DNA of 64,000 bases from an uncultured Bacilli bacterium. GTDB lineage: Bacteria; Bacillota_I; Bacilli_A; RF39; UBA660. The notes under the pieces are model-generated. The model worked only from the letters and a program-made list of their open reading frames with translations, had not been told where the DNA came from and searched no databases. The stretch is from assembly GCA_934101575.1 (NCBI GenBank), contig CAKORJ010000001.1, positions 474,519 to 538,518 on the forward strand, given 5' to 3'. Below, piece by piece: positions 60,047 to 64,000 of the stretch; position 1 is the first letter of the stretch, and every line of letters starts with the position of its first letter. Made by a program: the position numbers and the translations under genes.

Positions 60047-62217
60047 TTATTCTAAATTAAATCTTTGTTTATCGTAGTTGTAGTTGTGTGTTATTTCTTC
60101 TTTTGTTAGTTCACCACTAAAGATTTGGAATAGTTTTATATTACCTTTAAAGTATGTTCCACTTGGCCTTTTTCCTATATATGATTTTGATTCTGTCCAA
60201 CTCCAATATTCTGTTGAAGATAGTTTTGGTATTTCTTTGTTATTTACATATATTGTTTTATCAGTTAAACTTCTAAATATTACATCTACTTTGTAATATT
60301 TATCTAAAGTTATTGTTCCTGCGTCATACATATTTGTTGCGCTTACTAATGATGTGATAAATTTGTTATTTTGATATAGTCCTATTGCGGCATTATTTAA
60401 GTTATGTCCAAATATTATTTGACTGTCTGTACTATTAGTTTTATATATGAATGAATATGTCATTGGAAATGTATATTCTTTGTTTGTAAATGCTACATAG
60501 TCGTTGGTTCCATCGAAGGATAGACTATCATTTATCCAAGTTGCTCCGGATACTGTTGCTGTATAACCAGAAGAATTTGTAGATAGATTTTTCCAAGTTG
60601 TGGTTGTATTATTTCTTGTTGTTCCTGTATTTGCTAGTCCATCTAACCACATTGTCATTTTATTTCTTGCTGAATAACCATTTATGTTATCTATATAGGC
60701 ATTTACTCTTATTCCATTTGATGTTTGTATGACATTTTCATCAACTATTTCTGTGAAATTTGTATTATCACTTGATACGGAAGTTATTGTATTGTGATAT
60801 ACTCTTGTATCTCCAAAGTAGTTCCATACTGCTACTTCATCTAAATCATAGGTGTTTTCTAAATCAACTGTTATGCATTGATTACTATTGTCTTCGGATG
60901 TAGTTGTTGCAACATAATTTGAATTATCAATGTCCCCAGTTGTTAGAATTAGAAAATTACTAGTATCTGTATGTTGTGGGGTAAATGTTCCTGTTACTGT
61001 TTTTCCTTTGGCTATGTTTACTCCGTCTTTTATAGCCTCTATTTCTATCCAATGCTTACCTGGATTAGCACTATTGCTTGTACTACAATCTTTTATATAT
61101 CTAACGTTATTAAGTTTTGTGTTTTTTCTTTGAGGTTTGTTATGAGCATAAGTTATTTTGGCATATCCGTTTCCAGAGTTTTGTCCTTCTATCATTTGTC
61201 CACCTACAAAATATTTACTGCTGTAGTGGATTGTTTGATTTGTATGAGTGATTGTTGTTGATTCTTTTACCGAATTTACTCCGGCATAACCTGATATATA
61301 TGATGAGCCTCCGGCTCCTCCACCATTTCTTCCACTTGCTCCAGAGCCACCATAGTATCCACCACCTCCAGCACCAGAGCCATGAGAATAATCAGAATCG
61401 TATCCACCGTTTCCTCCTTTTGCTAGCTGTCCTTTTGTTCCTAAAACAACATATTGCGATTGATAACTATCGGCCTCTCGTTTCCCTGAGCCTATTGGAC
61501 CACTTGTTTTTTGTTGGCCGCCATGACCACCACCTAAAAAGTTTTCTGATAGATCTCCTCCGTCGGTTCCATATAAGGTCCCTCCGTCTCCTCCGGTTAC
61601 ATAATCATTAAATATTGCTCCGCCTCCGCCTCCTCCTGCTACCATTATTCTTGATATTAGCGAAGACATATCATCCCAAGAACCGCTTGTTAATCTTACA
61701 TCTGTTGCACCACCACCTGTTCCTGCTTGATGATTAGCAGAACCTCCACCATTAAATCCTCCTGATGTGTATTCTACATTTGATGAGGCTGTTGTTCCTT
61801 TTCCTCCAACATAAAAATAAAGTTTTTCTCCTTTTTTTAGTTTTATGTAACCACTTGTTTTTGCTCCTAATCCAGCATATGCTTTTGAAGCTCCTCCTGA
61901 TGCTCCTTCTAATTCTATATAGTAATAACCATCTTTTGGAATTGTATATTCTTGTGGTTTTCCAGTATAATTAAATGTTTTTTCATATTCAAATAGGGGT
62001 TCTATTTCTATTGTTTTTGTTCCTGTTATTTCATCTGAAAATAATGCATAAGAATTAGTTATTTTATATGATATAAATCCTACACTAAAAAGAAATATTA
62101 TTATAAATAAAGATAAAACTACCGTATTTAATTCTCTTATATCTTTATTTAATAGATTATAAAAATACCCCCCCCCCCGAACGAATGTTCACTGTCTTGA
62201 TTTTGTTCTTTCTTCAT
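60047..62217 (-). CDS. Secreted glycine-rich-domain / discoidin / LamG-like protein, paralogue 2; frameshifted at a poly-G(11) tract in this sequence (phase OFF or pseudogene)
   Basis: The ATG at 62217 (AAGGAGG 10 nt upstream) encodes MKKEQNQDSEHSF, followed by 11 G. The frame that is open from 62167 to the stop at 60047 encodes YFYNLLNKDIRELNTVVLSLFIIIFLFSVGFISYKITNSYALFSDEITGTKTIEIEPLFEYEKTFNYTGKPQEYTIPKDGYYYIELEGASGG.. and continues into the 540-aa track ORF (MSSLISRIMVAGGGGGG..). That frame is +1 relative to the ATG. Confidence 0.8.
62168..62178 (-). repeat. Homopolymeric G(11) tract (C11 on plus strand) in the 5' coding end of paralogue 2
   Basis: Counted directly: plus-strand C at 62168..62178. 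Confidence 0.97.
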
Positions 62218-62292
62218 ACTTTTACGTCCTCCTTAGTATTTTATATATTAATAATACATTAAAAATACTACTTTTTCAAGCAGTATTATTTT

Positions 62293-62994
62293 TTATACTT
62301 TAGTTTCTATTTTTGATACTTTATCTATTTCTTTTACTGCACTTACATATAGAATTATTATAAATCCTAGAAATACTATTAGATACCATATATTTTCTTT
62401 CATTAAGAAAAAGTTATATACTGTATGTAATAGTGTTGGAACTAATATACTTAGAGTCATATATAATTTATATTTTGTTTTGTCTTTTTTTTCTACAGTT
62501 TTTGCAAGGCCTAGATAATAACCCATGAATACTCCAAATGCTACGTGTCCTGGGACTGAGAATATTGCTCTATATATTCCTAAAGTTATACCTCCTTGAA
62601 GTACATATAGGGCATTTTCTATTGCTGCAAAGCCTAGTGCTACGAAAGTTGAATACACTATTATGTCATAGAACTGGTCAAAGTCTTTATGATGATATCC
62701 TATTGTTCTTATCATTACCCATTTACTAAGTTCTTCGACTAAGGCTATTTCTAGGAATATTAAAATGAATAGTTTAAAAAAGCCAAAGTTTTGATAATTG
62801 TCTGAAAGGTATAAATCTGGGATTATAAGTGCTGTTAAGATATTTATTATTACTACTATGAATGATGATATTAATCCAGATACAAATAGGATTAATAAAA
62901 GTGATTTTGGTTCTTTTACTGTGTCTTTATTATATATATATAGTCCTAGTAATATTACTGGTATCATTGATATTGTTATTAGTAAGAATTTCAT
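62293..62994 (-). CDS. PrsW-family intramembrane metalloprotease
   Basis: 233 aa with about 7 TM segments. Motifs ALVEELSKW (EExxK), FAAIENALY, PTLLHTVYNF (HxxxN). Confidence 0.7.
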   Translation of the reverse strand: MKFLLITISMIPVILLGLYIYNKDTVKEPKSLLLILFVSGLISSFIVVIINILTALIIPDLYLSDNYQNFGFFKLFILIFLEIALVEELSKWVMIRTIGYHHKDFDQFYDIIVYSTFVALGFAAIENALYVLQGGITLGIYRAIFSVPGHVAFGVFMGYYLGLAKTVEKKDKTKYKLYMTLSILVPTLLHTVYNFFLMKENIWYLIVFLGFIIILYVSAVKEIDKVSKIETKV

Positions 62995-63034
62995 ATTATC
63001 ACCAATATCATTTTATCATATTATTTTAGAAAAT

Positions 63035-63066
63035 TAAAAAAAGATTAACTTTTTTTGTTAATCTTT
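63035..63066 (-). terminator. Rho-independent terminator after the cold-shock gene
   Basis: Minus strand: AAAGATTAAC-AAAAAAA-GTTAATCTTT followed by a T-run. Confidence 0.5.
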
Positions 63067-63072
63067 ACATTT

Positions 63073-63285
63073 CTATATATGTTGTTTTTCTTTTAGTGTT
63101 ACATTTTTTGCTTGGTAACCTTTATTTGTTTCAATTAGATCAAATTCTACTAGTTGATCTTGTGAAAGTGTTTTGTATCCGTCTCTATTTATTGCTGAAT
63201 AATGAACAAATATATCTTCCATCTCTCCATTATCTAGAAATCCATATCCTTTCGCGTCGTTGAACCATTTGACTTTTTTTATCAT
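63073..63285 (-). CDS. Cold-shock protein (CspA family)
   Basis: 70 aa. KVKWFNDAKGYGFL (RNP1) and DIFVHYSAI (RNP2). Confidence 0.92.
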   Translation of the reverse strand: MIKKVKWFNDAKGYGFLDNGEMEDIFVHYSAINRDGYKTLSQDQLVEFDLIETNKGYQAKNVTLKEKQHI

Positions 63286-63455
63286 AGTTTTTACCTCTCT
63301 TTCTTTTTTATACTGCTATTAAAATATAGCACATAATGATGTCTTTTTTTGTCAAAAAATGCTTAAGGATTAGTTTTTTAGGATTTTTCGCTTTATTGTA
63401 GTTGTTCGTTTGTTGTTTTTGTTTGTATGGCGGGATTTTTATTTGTTTTTAGCAT

Positions 63456-63481
63456 AATAAAAAACCCTTAAAAATAGGGTT
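63456..63481 (-). terminator. Rho-independent terminator closing the tRNA cluster
   Basis: Minus strand: AACCCT-ATTTTTA-AGGGTT followed by TTTTTTAT, immediately after tRNA-Phe. Confidence 0.55.
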
Positions 63482-63494
63482 ATATTCTCTTCAT

Positions 63495-63570
63495 GGTGGC
63501 TCCAGTTGGAATCGAACCAACGACACCAGGATTTTCAGTCCTGTGCTCTACCGACTGAGCTATGAAGCCA
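63495..63570 (-). tRNA. tRNA-Phe (anticodon GAA)
   Basis: Hand-folded: acceptor GGCTTCA/TGGAGCC, anticodon stem CAGGA/TCCTG with loop CTGAAAA, T-arm GTTGG-TTCGATT-CCAAC, encoded CCA. Confidence 0.9.
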
Positions 63571-63579
63571 AAAATAATT

Positions 63580-63655
63580 GGCGGTTCCGACGGGACTTGA
63601 ACCCGCGATCTCCTGCGTGACAGGCAGGCGTGATAACCACTACACCACGGAACCA
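63580..63655 (-). tRNA. tRNA-Asp (anticodon GUC)
   Basis: GGTTCCGTGGTGTAGTGGTTATCACGCCTGCCTGTCACGCAGGAGATCGCGGGTTCAAGTCCCGTCGGAACCGCCA. Anticodon loop is CTGTCAC. Confidence 0.92.
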
Positions 63656-63656
63656 T

Positions 63657-63734
<78 letters not shown>

Positions 63735-63750
63735 TATAAAAATTTTTCAT

Positions 63751-63843
63751 GGCGGAGGAAAAGGGATTCGAACCCCTGCGCCGCTCGCACGACCTCCCGG
63801 TTTTCAAGACCGGTCCCTTCAACCAGACTTGGGTATTCCTCCG
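63751..63843 (-). tRNA. tRNA-Ser (anticodon UGA)
   Basis: Acceptor GGAGGAA/TTCCTCC, anticodon stem CCGGT/ACCGG with loop CTTGAAA, long variable arm, encoded CCA. Confidence 0.9.
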
Positions 63844-63867
63844 TATAAATAACTAATAAAAATAAAT

Positions 63868-63956
63868 GGTGCCTAAGGCCGGACTTGAACCGGCACGAGG
63901 TTTGATCCTCGCAGGATTTTAAGTCCTGTGCGTCTACCAATTTCGCCACTCAGGCA
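63868..63956 (-). tRNA. tRNA-Leu (anticodon UAA)
   Basis: Acceptor GCCTGAG/CTTAGGC, anticodon stem CAGGA/TCCTG with loop CTTAAAA, long variable arm, encoded CCA. Confidence 0.9.
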
Positions 63957-63965
63957 ATAATAAAT

Positions 63966-64000
63966 GGTGTCCCGCAGGCGACTCGAACGCCTGACCCTTT
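63966..64000 (-). tRNA. 3' portion of a further tRNA (identity not determinable; anticodon lies outside the window)
   Basis: Minus strand reads ..AAGGGTC AGGCG-TTCGAGT-CGCCT GCGGGAC A CCA, giving the T-arm, the 3' acceptor strand and CCA only. Confidence 0.7.

Overview
Strongly AT-rich chromosomal segment (G+C well under one third by eye). It uses the standard code, with TGA as a stop, and comes from an endospore-forming low-GC Firmicute (Clostridia/Erysipelotrichia-like). I cannot name the organism from sequence alone. There are about 60 protein genes, most on the minus strand, plus one plus-strand tRNA-Arg and a minus-strand tRNA cluster (partial tRNA, Leu, Ser, fMet, Asp, Phe) at the right edge.

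Backbone genes:
- Housekeeping: tkt, rpsT, dtd, relA, truB, mutL, pyrH, rluB, pheS/pheT behind a Phe T-box leader, fmt, trmD, rimM, queH, tmcAL, and a cold-shock protein.
- Sporulation: spoIIP, gpr, an uninterrupted sigK, a CotY/CotZ-like pair, PBP5-type carboxypeptidases, and an FtsW/RodA/SpoVE-family gene.
- Peptidoglycan enzymes, unusually dense: murG, murB, divIB, uppP, two S11 carboxypeptidases, LdcB/VanY, an M15A enzyme, and an M23+SpoIID+C39-like fusion.

Accessory surface-protein islands sit between these blocks.

Headline observation: two tandem paralogous genes (56915..59462 and 60047..62217, minus strand) encode large secreted proteins built from a glycine-rich domain, a discoidin domain and a LamG-like domain. 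Each carries a 12- or 11-nt poly-G run inside the first ~15 codons. These are the only long G/C homopolymers I could see in the window. The right-hand copy is frameshifted by its tract. The left-hand copy is out of frame with its Shine-Dalgarno-linked GTG start. This looks like a slipped-strand translational phase-variation switch on a duplicated adhesin-like cassette.

These two genes and a third large secreted protein (41177..43201) share SipW/TasA-type signal peptides and a common ATACTAAGG leader.

Other points of interest:
- A minus-strand operon (21627..28862) joins a thioester-domain/dockerin/VPNTG-anchored adhesin to a membrane-anchored triple peptidoglycan hydrolase and paralogous bitopic proteins.
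- A split activase/dehydratase-like (HgdC/DUF2229) module.
- A Cys-less membrane-tethered PTS-EIIB-like domain next to an orphan histidine kinase.
- A stray prepilin gene between sigK and mutL.

I found no CRISPR array, transposase, integrase or prophage.
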